A stretch of DNA of 64,000 bases from Monocercomonoides exilis PA203 (taxonomy: Eukaryota > Protista > Preaxostyla): positions 1 to 64,000 of the forward strand of contig LSRY02000057.1 in NCBI GenBank assembly GCA_001643675.2, written 5' to 3'. Positions within the stretch are counted from its first letter, which is position 1. Each line of letters begins with the position of its first letter. Positions 46,959 to 59,643 of the stretch are shown here, piece after piece. Below the pieces are notes generated by a model. It worked only from the letters and a program-made list of their open reading frames with translations. It did no database searches and was not told the origin of the DNA. A program made the position numbers and the translations under genes.

Positions 46959-48793
46959 ATGTTTTGGTTAAATATTTTAGTTAGCTGCTTTTGTGTATTA
47001 CATTCCATACATTTCGAAGGACTGGATGGAAAGGGAGGGATATACAATTTGCAGATTATAGATCCAAATAAAGTGATTTTTAAAAAAGTCGTTCCATTAA
47101 CTTCACAGAAACTATACAACAATGAATCAAATGAAAATGAAATATTTCCTGCAAATTTTAGCTTACTAAATGTATATTAGTTTATTTTTCGGCTTTATTT
47201 TTAAAACTTTTAAAAATTCAACAATCTATTCAGGAGCATAAGGATTCTCTTCCAATCAATCACGTTTTTGATCAGCAAGAATGCGGAGGAAGTTGGGCTT
47301 TCTCCTCAATGGATACAGCTGGAAGTTGGGTTTCGAACGTAACAAGAAATGATCAATTACGAATAAATTTGGTAATGTCTCCTCTTCACGAGCTTAATTG
47401 CAATACACGATCAGGTTCAAATCTTGGAAAACAACTTTATAGCAGTATACTTTTTTTTGTCGTCAAATTTGTTTATTTCTTTCTTTTTGTATTTGTTTGT
47501 TCAAATCATGTACAACAGAGGGATGCGATGGAGGACATCTTATTTTATCTTTTTTAAGTGTGTAATCATCTTCATTGTTTAATGACAAGTATTTATATTG
47601 AACTTTTTTTTTAGATATCATTCAATCTGGTACTGTTGCCGATGAATGCCAGAAATTTGATGGAAATACCACAAACTGCAGTCGTCGTTGTGATGATGGA
47701 AGAAGGGCGCACATATTCACTCCGTTTGAATGAATTTTTCAATTGAATATTTTATGATTTTTTTGCAGTCACGAAGCACACTATCATGCTTATTTTATCG
47801 AATTTGATGAATACGGTGAGTTTGAGAAGAATTGGATGAGAGTTCTCATGAATTTTGGACCAGCTTCGGGTTTGTCACATCCAAATTCTCTATTTTTAAA
47901 AGTAAATGCTTTAACTTTAATGTGACACCACGATAATTCATCTGCTGTTTGGTATCAGTTACGATGAATGCATATCCTTCTCTGAGTGAATACAAAGGAG
48001 GAATTTATCGGAAAGAGAAATCAGAGAGAAACTTTGTTTTGCACGCTGTCACTTTATATGGATGGGGAGAACAACTAGAAAATACTACAAATGGAGAGCA
48101 GATGACAAAATACTGGCTTATTAAAAACAGGTTTTTATCATAAATTAAAATATTTTTTATTTTTAATTGAAATGCATTTGTTTTTTTTTCTTCTTCTTCT
48201 TTGAAAATTCTTAAAGTTGGGGAGCTGAATTCGGAGAAAAAGGATTTTTCAAGATCCCACGTGGTGTTGATGAGTGCCATATTGAAAAGAATGGATTGTA
48301 TTACTTTCAAAGACCGCCTCCAAAGAAGATTGCTCCGCCTCCAATGCCAACTCTTGAAATGTATGACACTGATGGTTCATATCAAAATCGGAAGAAAACG
48401 CAAAATGAGTCAAAAGTTCCTTCAGCAGTGATTGTGCTTGCAGCGCTAAGTGGATCCTTTGCAGTTGCATCACTTGTTGCATTGATTGTGGGAAGGATTG
48501 CAATTTTCAGAGCGGAGAAGCAAAAGAAGCGAAGGCAAATGATGAGAACTTTGCCTCAATTTAACTGGAGCATTCCAGAAAGTGCTTTGACAGCAACAAA
48601 AAAATCACAGTGGAACGGAACTGATTCAAAAGAAGTTTCCAAAGCAAAAACAATCTCTTCGCAGCCTGATGATGAAATAGAAGAAAATGATGATGATATT
48701 TCAGGTGGTAATCGTGATGCGAGTGATAATGAAGAATCATCTTCAGAGGAAAATGAAATGAAAAAGCCTCTTTTCAGTGATCATTATACATGA
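46959..48793 (+). CDS. Papain-family (C1A, cathepsin B-like) protein with catalytic Cys replaced by Ser and a C-terminal TM helix; 6 exons
   Basis: Signal peptide; DQQECGGSWAF, GCDGG, GPASV, YKGGIY, HAVTLYGWG, YWLIKNSWG, GFFKIPRGVDEC assembled across five GT-AG introns (first 47172-47233); TM AVIVLAALSGSFAVASLVALIV. Confidence 0.9.
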
Positions 48794-49352
48794 AAAATCA
48801 TAATTGTTTGTAAGCAAACAGTTCTCAAAACAATATAATTTCAATTTTGTTAAAGATGCTTTATTTGTTGGATTGTTTTATGGCTATTGTTTTTCTTTAG
48901 TTTTCAATACGTTTCAATTTTTATTGAGTGTTTTTATGAGGAATGTTTTAGATTGTTCGAAAAATAACGTTGTTTTTGCAATCAACTATTTGTTTATTTC
49001 ACGGTAATGGTGCAAGATTTTTTTGGATGAAAACGCCTAAAATACACTTCTTTAAGCATTCACTCGAATATCAGTTAATTGAAATTATCATTCTTTTTGT
49101 TTTTTGTTAAACAAGGAATTTAATTTTTCTTCCAAAAATCAATATTTTTTGAAAAAAACATATATAAGATTGACCTAGTGATTAATTGTTTGATTCTCAA
49201 ATTTTCTTTTTATCATCAGGGAAAAAATGAATACAAAAAACAAATTAAATCTCAATGCCCAAAACAAAAATAATAGAAAATTATTTCTTGGATTTTTAAG
49301 AAAATATTGTTTCTGAACAACTCAGATCTTTCTTTCCGTCGGAAAAGCGTTA

Positions 49353-50366
49353 ATGATCAAAGAAGAAAAAGCAACGAATATTAAAATGTGGGCAGATGGG
49401 AAAACCGAAGCAATGCAATGGATTATTGAGAATAAAACAGAGCCTCCATCAGAGGTTCAGCACGATGCATCAATTACTGATAACAATGGGAAAACAATGG
49501 CAATGCACTGGATTGCAAATATCAAAACAGAGCAACCAGAATGGATGAGGCATGACATTACACTTTCCGACAAGGATGGATGGACGATGGCTATGTATTG
49601 GATCGAGAATGCGAAAACAGATCCACCAGAGTGGATGAGACACGATTCAACACTAACTCAAAAGGATAAAGAAATAATGGCAATGATATGAATTTATAAT
49701 GTAAAAACAGAACCACCAGAATGGATGAGACATGATATTACACTTGTTGATAATAACGGATGGACAATGGCCATGCTGTGGATTTATCATGTCAAAACAG
49801 AGCCACCAGAATGGATGAGACATGATATTGCACTTTCCGACGAGGATGGATGGACGATGGCGATGATATGGTTTCAAGAAATCCAAACAGAACCACAAGA
49901 ATGTATGCGGCATAATAATGCGCTTGCTGATAAAGAGGGAAATACAATGGCCATGCTATGGATTAATCATGTGAAGACAGTTCCACCAGAATGGATGAAA
50001 CATGACAAAATTCTTGCTAATATTTATGGAGTTACAATGGCAATGAAATGGATTAAATGTGTCAAGACAGAACCACCTGAGTGGATGAGACATGATGCAA
50101 CACTAGCCGACAAGAGCAGATGGACAATGGCCATGAAATGGATTGCTAATGTCAAAACAGAACCACCAGCATGGATGAGACATAATATTGCAATTGCTGA
50201 TAATGAAGGATGGACAATGGCAATGTATTGGATTCAATTTTTAAAGACTGAACCACCAGTGTGGATGAGGCATGATAATGCAATTGTTGATTACAATGAA
50301 AGGACAATGGCCAAGTGGTGGATTCAAATTTTAAACGAAGAACCACTCGAATGGATGAAAATTTGA
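49353..50366 (+). pseudogene. 30-aa tandem-repeat protein (~11 units, divergent ankyrin-like) with one in-frame TGA
   Basis: Unit TEPPEWMRHDxxLxDxxGWTMAMxWIxxVK; ORFs 49353-49691 and 49725-50366 are in the same frame, separated by TGA at the conserved Trp position. Confidence 0.8.
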
Positions 50367-52687
50367 AGAAACAACAAAATATTTGTTTAAGTGAATCAGC
50401 AAGTTTTTCCAATGGTTTTTTTTTCTTTGTGAATTGGAAAATCTGTGGAATATGAATTGAGGTTGAAGTTCGAAAAAACAAAGTTCAGTTCTTTCATCTA
50501 GCTAACATCTTTTTGAGAGATGCATTGTCTTTCTAAAGATATGCGAATCTTTTATGAAAGATATTCATTTCAATGCATTTGCTTTTCTTGTTTAATTCTC
50601 AAAATGATCTCGCATCAACAATATAAGATACAATGAGAATAGAAAAGGGCAAGAGGTTACTTTCGCGGTACCCACTTTTTTTATGATATTCATTTTAAAA
50701 AACGCTTCTCGGATTAACCCTAATCTTCATATACCCAACAAAACCATAAACCAACAATAAATCCTATATGATCTCATTAACTTCGAAAACCCTAAAATCA
50801 AGCAAACATAATAGAGAAAATGCGAAATAAATTGGGTGATTATTTTTGAAATCAAAAACAATTTCGGGGTGTTTGTTTTTCATGGGTTGTCTGCCTTTGA
50901 TATGAGGTTTGATATTCAAATGCTGAATTCATAACAACTGAATTAGAGAAAAATGTTTTTGCACAAATTAAAATGATGATGTTATTTGTTAATGTTTTCA
51001 TTTTTCAGTGTTCATTCATTTTAATTCAATACAAATCTTCGAACTGTAATATTTAAGAGATCAAATATGATTACAACAATTATCACCTTATTAGTCATTT
51101 TAACTAACTAGTGCAATTTCAAGTTTCGGACACGAATTTTTTATTAACCCAGTTAAATTTGAAATAACTGAGAAAAACGTAAATTAGCTGGCCTTCATTT
51201 AAAAAATTTGAAAAAATTTTTTCATATGTTCGGAAAATGGTCGAGATCTTGTTCTGAATTGGTTTTGTTCGTATTGTTATGTTCTTTTGATTCGATAAAC
51301 ATCGTTTTGGGTTTTTTTAGAGAATTGTTTGTGTAATGTTTATGTCACGGGTTGTAATTATTAAATCCATTTTTTTTTTCGATAAAAATTTCGGATTAAT
51401 AATACAATTTGAATATTTCAAATTTAACACTAAAATGTTGTTTCTTTGTTCATGGAAATTTCTTCAAAAACATTGACTTTTCTATTAATTTTTATTCATT
51501 TTTCATTTGACAGAATAATCCATTTTCATAGTAAGCAAAATATCTTATTTTTCACACACCGAAAAATGTTGTGATTTCAAAAAAAACACTCACATCCAAA
51601 AAGTTAAAAAAAGGATTTATCTTGACTTTTTTGGAAATTTCCATTTTTTTGGTTTTAAATGGAAAAATTAAAGAAGCGTTGAAAAAACATCTTTATTATT
51701 TTGTTTTCTATTTATCAGTTTATTAATAACTGTCAATCAGATTGATAGGTAAAGTTGTGAGATGGTCATGTTTTTTGTGGTATTGGAAAACTTTTGAAAT
51801 TTCTCTTTAATAACTATTTTTGATTCAGTTTGAAAAAAAATAAAAAGAAAGTGATACAAACCTATATAGTTTTTCATGCCTTTTAGCATAATTAGACTCA
51901 ATGACATTCGCGGAATTAGAAAAAACTGAATGAAATAAATTTTTTTCACAATATCATTGTTTGATATGCCAATGATTGTGTGCGAAAACGTTTTCTCGAA
52001 AATTTGAAATTATCAGAAAAATCAATTTTTACATATTATTGATGGGAATAGATAAAAAAATAATAATTGCTAAAAATAAACAAAATCCAGATCTTATTAT
52101 GCTTAAGCTGAAAAAGCATTTAAAATGAATGAAACGTTCTTTCGGAGATGAAGATGTCAAAATATTTTTGAAAAGTTTCTTATGAATAATTTTCAATAAA
52201 ACAAAAATCGAATTTTTTCATCTAATTTTTGTTCTTGCTCACGAAACTTCACGAAATAGGAAGTCAAAATTGGATAATGCAACAAGATTCTATTCAAAAA
52301 ACTTTTATAAGATGTCATGGATTTTTGATTGTTATTTAAAACTTTTTATTTTTGTTGATACAGTAAAGTTCGGTTATAATCACCTCGGTTATTATCAAGA
52401 CCGCGAGTAATCACATTTTTTCGTGAATCAAAAAATTTGGCAAAGTTTCGTGTGTAATTTCATCGGTTGTAATCAAGCCAAAATCGCGAATAATCACAAT
52501 TTTTTATTTGAAATGGGATTTTTGAAATTAAGTTCTTTTTTTAATCAAAAAAAAAAAAAAAAAAAAAAAAAAAATAAATTGATATTATATTAATTCTCAA
52601 TTAATGAAAATGTTTTTAAATAAAAACACATAGTGATTAAAAATTGATTAATATTTTAAACCCAAAATTGTTTTAAAAAATATCAAA

Positions 52688-54595
52688 ATGATGGAAAAAT
52701 CAGTAAAGCAACAGAAAAGAACTCAGCTATCTTTTCTACAAAAATTGGATATTATCAACCATCTAAAGAAAACACCTCACACTCCACGAAACAGCATCTG
52801 CTCTGATTATCATGTTGATCCTTCAACAATTACAAAAATATGGAAATCGAGAGATTATATTATTCAAAAGGCTTCTGAAAATGCAAAACCAAATGAAAAA
52901 ATAAAAATTCGTGCTTCAACTTATCCTGAAATTGACAAAGCATTGATTATCTGGTTTAGGCAAATTAGATCTACAAATTCATCGTTGCCAATAAATGGCA
53001 ATCTTTTAATCGAAAAAGTGAAGTCCTTTGCAGAAGATTTTCATTTGGATATTCCAAAAGAACATATGGGTAATTCTTTATGAAAAGTCGCAAACGTTTA
53101 ATTTTCAAAATAAAATTTTTTTTCATATTTTGCTCAAATTTCTGTTTCCACTCACGAATCTTCTTTAAAATGTGTGAAATAGCATTGTCCAGAAATAGAT
53201 ACCATAAATGTGAGGTTTCGTGAGTGGAAATTAAAATTTGAGCAAAATGTGAAAATTTCAATTTATTTGAAAATTAAACATTTGCGACTTTTCAAAAATA
53301 ATTACCCATATGTGGAAAAGTTGGATTGACAGATGGAAAAAACGTTACAATATCACATCAAAAAAGATATCTGGAGAGGTCCTTTCAGCTGATGTATCAT
53401 CTGCAGAAACTTGGATAAAACAGACTCTTCCGACAATTATTAGCGAATTTGGCGAAGAAAATGTTTTTAATGGAGATGAATTGGGTTTGTTCATTCACGA
53501 ATTAATTAATAGAACATTCACAGAAGGTTCAGAAAAAGCTGTTGGGATGAAAACACCTAAAGACAGAGTCACAGTGTTTTTGTGCGTAAACATGACAGGA
53601 GAAAAATTTAACCTTTTATGATTGGAAAATCGAAAAATCCGAGGTGTTTCAAACGAAAACATTTACAAGTCAATTACACCCAATCCAAAAATGCATGGAT
53701 GAATGTAATTTTGTTTAATGATTGCTTAAAATTGCTTAATTCGAAAATGGCTTCAATGAACAGAAAAATAGCATTGGTTGTGGATAATTGTACGGCACAT
53801 AGTTTGATTTCAACAGATTTTTCACATATTTCCTTGTTTTATCTTCCACCGAACGTTACTTCAATTATTCAACCCCTTGACGCTGGAATAATATAAACAT
53901 TCAAACATTATTTCAAAACCTCTCTGCTTCGAAAGAAATTAGCGAAGATTGAAATGAAAGATGATACAAGAATTGATTTATTTGAGACTATGAACATGAT
54001 TTCAAAAGCTTGGAATGATGTTAAAAAGGAAACAATTGAGCATTGTTTCGAACATGCAGGATGGAAGAATCTTAAGGAACCAAGGAAAGAATTATCAATA
54101 ATGAAAGAAAGTGAAATGAGTGAATACGCCGATCTGTTTGAAAGAGTGAAAAGTCAAGACAAAAGCTTTGAAAATGAAACACTTGAAGATTATTATACAA
54201 ATGATGATAATACAACAACAAGAGAATCTCTTTCAAATACTGAAATTGTAAACTTTGTGGAAGAAAAAATAAGAAATGAAGAAAAAGATGATATTCCAAT
54301 ACCTTCAAAAGAAAAACTAGAAAATCATAAAGAAAAGGTTATCAGCACAACTGAAGCGTTTCATCAATGGAAAATTTTGAAACCATATTTCGAAGAAAAC
54401 ATTGAATCACCAAAAACTTTCTCCGCATATGAAGAAATTGATTCATTCATGGACAAAATTGCAACAAAACATTTGATTCAAACAACGATAACAAAATTTC
54501 CATGCATTCAGCCGTGCACAGAAAAAAGAAAAAGAACAGATAGCGAAGAAGATTACACACTTGTTAAAGGAGATAAAAAAATCAAAACACTGTAA
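52688..54595 (+). pseudogene. pogo/TIGD-like transposase (HTH + CENP-B HTH + DDE_1, DD31D), disrupted
   Basis: YPEIDKALIIWF, SWIDRWKKR, FNGDELGLF, KDRVTV, IGKSKNPRCF, VVDNCTAH, IQPLDAGII; MITE insertion, frameshift near 53615, TAA at 53894. Confidence 0.93.
53068..53307 (+). mobile_element. 240-bp MITE, copy B, inserted in the transposase; ATAT TSD
   Basis: ATAT|GGGTAATT...AATTACCC|ATAT; removing the element plus one ATAT restores the in-frame reading KEHMWKSWIDRW. Confidence 0.93.
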
Positions 54596-54689
54596 AACGT
54601 TTTGCGATTTCATGTTTATTTGTTGCTTCATATTAAGATTATGAATCTTTCAATGCAACATTTTTTTCACTCAAAATATAAATATCTTT

Positions 54690-57600
54690 TTCACCACACT
54701 TTCAATATGATATAAAAAAATGAATTTTGCATTTTCTCATTTTTGCAAACATGGAATGAGCTTTGTAGAATCAACTTGAAATAACCCAAGTTCCAAATAA
54801 ATCTGACAGCAGCTAACAAGAAATGATCCATCCTGTGCCTGCTGCGATCTAATCTCAGAATATCACACAGATCTTCGACAGCATCCACATAAGCGAAGGC
54901 TTCATCACCGTCTTCAACTGTTTCAGAGATAACTGCATATTCACAAATCAATGCAATCAAATGTGAATCCGAAGCATATGTTCCATTTTGTTAATCTCAT
55001 GTTCCAGCAACTTAGTCAATGTGCTCATCAACCGCTCCATCGCTGGAGATTATACTGGTAAAGGCAAACCCACAGACCCAGACAACCCTTCACAATTTCG
55101 CCCGGAATCTTCTCAAGCCACTCCGACCCTTCTCTGTCTATGCTGTCTGTCGTCTGCTTTAGATGAATGCACAACAGCCGAGCAACTATCATCTTCCATT
55201 CTACTTCCCTTTTCTTTGCTCCTGTTTAATTTCCCGGAGACATAAAGTCATCATGCTCTCTCTTCGAATCATCATTCATTGACACCAAAATCCTCCTCTG
55301 CATCCTCCTATTCTCCGCCTCAACTACTATTCAACCTCCTCTTTATCCTCGCTCCATCACTCCATATCGCTACTTTCTCCTCTGTCCTTCCTTCACTTCC
55401 CCTTTCAGATTTTCCACTCCGCATCTTCTCTTCCAGCTCCTTCACCTGCACAACCAGCCACTTCACTTAAACTTCAAATGTCGCCTTCATTTTCTTTTGC
55501 TCCTGCTTTTTTGCGCAAGAATCATTTGCTGCTTCACAATCACCTCATTGAATATCTCTTTCTTCTGGCTTTTCGTCTGCAGCTGTACTTTCGACAGCAC
55601 CATCAGCATCTTCGTTTTCTTCAACATCTTGTTCATCATCATCTTCTTCACTTGTATCTTCTCTTCCACCTCAGTCAGACCTCTCTCCTCCACAACTGTT
55701 AGCTTCTCTCACAACACACACAATGTTCCCCACTTTCGCAATAAATCTCTTTCCATGGGGTTGGACCAAAACATAACAACGCAGCCATCGCCACTGCTTG
55801 CTGCAAATCATTCATCGCACTTTTCTCATAGCCCAGAAGGCAAAATCAACAAAGTCGAAGACAAAACCTTTCCGTAACCCTAATATGCAAACAAAGAAAG
55901 CTTGGGAAGCTTCGTCCCCAACCGTCCAGCGAACTCTCGGTGTTTGAACTCACCAACACACACAACTGCGTCTTCCACTTCTTCTCCTTCTCAATCTCAA
56001 CGTCAACAAAATCGACCTTCTCCTTCATTGCAACAAGTTTTTCATTCAGCTCCTTCACTTTTGCGATATCCTTCTTGCTTATCTTCAAAATCTTCTTCTC
56101 CCGCATCCGGATGATCTTGTCCTTCTCCTGCAGACGCTCTTCCAGCTCGTTCGTATGCTTTGTTATCCGTTTATAATTTCAAATCTTCTGAAGCAGCATA
56201 TTTAACTCAAAATACCTCTTATTCATCTACGACTTTTTTTCTTCATGGTTTTTCTAAACTTCAATTCATCCTCCGCCTTATTTTCCTTCTTCTTCTTCTT
56301 CTTCTTTTTCCTTCCTCCACTTCTTCCCGCTCCTCCAGCACCGCCAGCGCAATCGCTGCTGGTGACAGAACCACATCCTCCATCCTCATCCCCGCAGCCT
56401 CCAACGCCTTCTCCACAATCTCTTTCACTTCGCACACTACAACACCTTACCCCATCACTTTCTCATCCAACTTCACCCCCACACGCCTCGACTGTTGCGA
56501 TCGCCATATTTGCAGCGACGGGCAAACAGATCGTAGATCAACGGGAAAGCATTCACATCTGCCGCTGTAAAGATCCGCTTGATCCCCGACTTCGTGCCCA
56601 CCGACGCTGCAAGCGACGGAAGCTGCACCTCCAGCGGAACCGAAAGCATTGCCGAAATCGTCACATCGTACGCACACACAACACCCCCATACAGCACCCC
56701 CCGCCGAGCCACAACAAATCATTCGAAGCGTCTGTTGCTCCCTCAGTTACGAAATCTTTTGATTTTCTTACACCCCAGCCACCTCTCGAAGTCGTCCATC
56801 GCTCCTGCCGACGTGTATGGCGCAGCCTCCGCAGATGCATCCGAAGGGTCAATCGCAGGTGCTGATGATGGCTGCTTATTCTCTGAAGATTTCTTCTCTT
56901 CGCTTCTCCGCCTCCTAAATGGCGAAGTTGATCGGCGAGCTGTTCCAGTTGAAGAAGACGAAGGTGCTGAGCGAAGAGATGACTACTGCACTTCAACAGC
57001 AACAAGAAACTTTTTCGGATACCACACCACGTCTGCCTCCAGTCCTACAGGCGAAACAAGCACAACATCCACATTCGGATCAGAATGATCGACTGATTGC
57101 GAAAGCTAGTAGTTTTCAAGTTGTAAAAAAAGATGTAACAGGATCACTTTAAGGGATACGTTGAAATGAGAAGCGGAAGAAGAATTTGGAGATGAGGTTA
57201 ATGGCTAAATTGAATCTGGATAATACATTAACTTTGGTGAAATGTCAATGTTCTTTTCAAGCTAAAGATAAAATTAACTTGTGCGTGCCTATTGAATGCC
57301 TGATTCGTTCGTCCCAGCCGAGTGATGGCAGATAAATGTGAACTCGTTTGCTCTGCTTGACAATGACCCACTCCTCACAGAGCTTCCTCTGCAACTCCAG
57401 ACACTTCTCCTCCCGCTCTGAATGAATCTTTTCCAACATTTGCAAGAACCAATGTTTTGTTAGAAACGTCTTTTATCTTCTTTAAATGACTTTCGCTCCT
57501 TTTCCTTTCGGTGATTCTCGATGATATCGGTTCCTTGCCAACCACATCCGCACCACTGACTGAATGGCAGTGGCTGCTTTGTCTTCTCTCTTTCCTTGTT

Positions 57601-58379
57601 TCAAGCGCTGCCCAGGCTGCCTCAGACACTCCATCATCATCTTGATGTTCACAAGGCAGCTCAATTTTTGCTCTTCTTTCAGATGTGCATTTTCAATGCG
57701 AGTGGAACGATGTGTTTCAGAAGACGATTGAAGCTGAGAAGAAGCATGTCAAGGAGAGGAATCAGATGAAGGTGAGGAAGTAGATGAAGTGACTGTTGTA
57801 TGGAAGAAGAAGAAGAAGAAGAAGAAGTCAAGGCATTTGGCGATGAAGTCACATCCAATTCGCTGATAGTGAATTCAGAATGCTTCATTCCATCAACAAA
57901 CAGAATGTTCAAGGCATTGTCTTCTTGCACAGTCCTCGAATTTGATAAGCTCTTCCTTTTTTCTCGTCCAGCAATATTTGAGTATGTGCAAGCAAATGGC
58001 TCGAATTCTAGGGTGTTAATAAATATTCGAATCTTTTTCATTGCAATGGAATGCCAAAAGAATTCATCCACAAAAGCCAAATAACCACGCTTTCTGAGAA
58101 GGTTCTTTCTCCGTTGGAGATGACTCTTCTTGATTCTTTGTTCATTCATCATCTTATGGAAACTTTTCTTTCAGTTCCGAAATAATAATGTGAATTTTCA
58201 TTTGAAACAAATTTTGATGAAACTTCAGGATGATGAAAATGAGAGGATGATGTTGAAGAAGGCCTCTCGGTTCTTTTATTTGTAATTTCTTCATATAAAT
58301 CGTTGTTGTGCACATCTTCTTTATGAAAAAAACTTACAGCAATGAAAGTTTTAGACTTTCCAATATCTTCTTCGTTCAT
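54690..58379 (-). pseudogene. IQCH: Decayed IQCH-like (IQ motif-containing H) gene inside the transposon
   Basis: IQ motif AATAIQSVVRMWLARNRY, then WVIVKQSKRVHIYLPSLG and TKSGIKRIFTAADVNAFPLIYDLF, in the order of IQCH motifs recalled from memory; many stops and frameshifts; probable intron 57216-57278. Confidence 0.72.
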
Positions 58380-59643
58380 TGATTGAGGTTGATTTTGTAA
58401 ATTGTTATTGTTTGTTTTTTTTGATAGTTAAGCTAACCTTCGTATCCTCTTTTCGTATTTTTGCGACTATTTTGCTGTGACGATTATCTTGTTCCAACAA
58501 TTAAGTTGCCTTCCATGAATCAAACGGTTGATTTTGACAGATACAGAAATATAAACATTCCATGTGGATTCACGTCTGTGGAGTTTTTTAGGTGATTAGA
58601 TTTCATAAATATTACTTTGAATAATTCTATGTTTCACCGAAATAATTGAAAGAAATGTGCTTTCACTGTTAAGGTTTAATCCAAAAAAATGATCGTTAAA
58701 AATTGGTAAGAAACCGCACTTTTTGAATTTGGCACACAATTGAATCACATTTTGTTTGATTTTCGAGCAGCAAAAAAATTATAGAATCATTTAAAATATC
58801 TTAACAAAAATGTAATTGGTACGTTTTGATCAAAAAATCGGTTATAATCAAGTTCGGTTATAATCACAAAAAATCGTGCAAAATCGAATGTGATTATAAC
58901 CGAACTTCACTGTATTTGAACTAAAGGAACTTTTCAAAAAAATTCAGACACACGAAGAAAAGCGATTTGGAAAACATCATTAATATTAAATTAGAATAAT
59001 AAAAATATAAAAATGTTTAATTTTTAATTTTTTGTCTTCATCACTTATCCACAAACATTTTACACACATCTCGTTCTTTTGTCACACATTCAATCAGAAT
59101 ATAGTGTTTTTAGTGAAAAAAAAATACTGCATTGTTTTCTCATGCAAAAAATGCCTGTTTTTATAATGAAAATAATGTTTTTTCTCGACAGAATGTTGTT
59201 TCAGAAATAACGAAATTATCACTATTTGAACATGGAAATGAAATTTTCATATGCTTGTTCAAAAAATAACAATGTTTTAAGTTGGATTAGTCAATTCAAT
59301 TCAAGTATTCTGTTTAAAAAAAGAAGTTTTTTTTTTGAGGAATAATTTGTTTGTGAAACATTTTTGTTCTTTATTATATTCAGTTTGAGAAAAGTTTATG
59401 CGCATTCACTAAGTTTTTAATTTTTAAGCCAGTTGAAAGTTAAGAATAAATCAAACAAAACAACAATTTACACCAAAAGATTTTTGTTGGAATCTTCATT
59501 TACAAACAGAAATTCGTTTTTTCCCTGTCTTTTTATCCATTTTGGAATAAACAGCAGCCTTTCAAATACTGTGATAATTAAAAAATTTCCAACAACAATT
59601 TTTTCCCATTATAAAAATCAAAAAAGCATAATTCTGCTTTTTA

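Larger units (their letters stand above)
52361..58912 (+). mobile_element. pogo/Tigger-family DNA transposon (6552 bp) with cargo
   Basis: 23-bp TIRs CAGTAAAGTTCGGTTATAATCAC (52361-52383) and its inverted match at 58890-58912 (22/23), TA on both flanks, subterminal CGGTTRTWATCA repeats, internal transposase. Confidence 0.93.

Noticed and set aside
49353-50366. 90-bp periodic repeat as a CRISPR-like array
   Set aside because: The repeat is protein-coding with codon-level variation and has no repeat-spacer structure.
50650-51450. Degenerate CCCTAA-like words with C-rich then G-rich skew, possible fold-back element
   Set aside because: No definable TIR pair or TSD found by eye.
11875-53896. 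Alternative genetic code (stop reassignment) to explain in-frame stops
   Set aside because: Intact genes terminate with TAA, TAG and TGA, and the interrupted genes also contain frameshifts.
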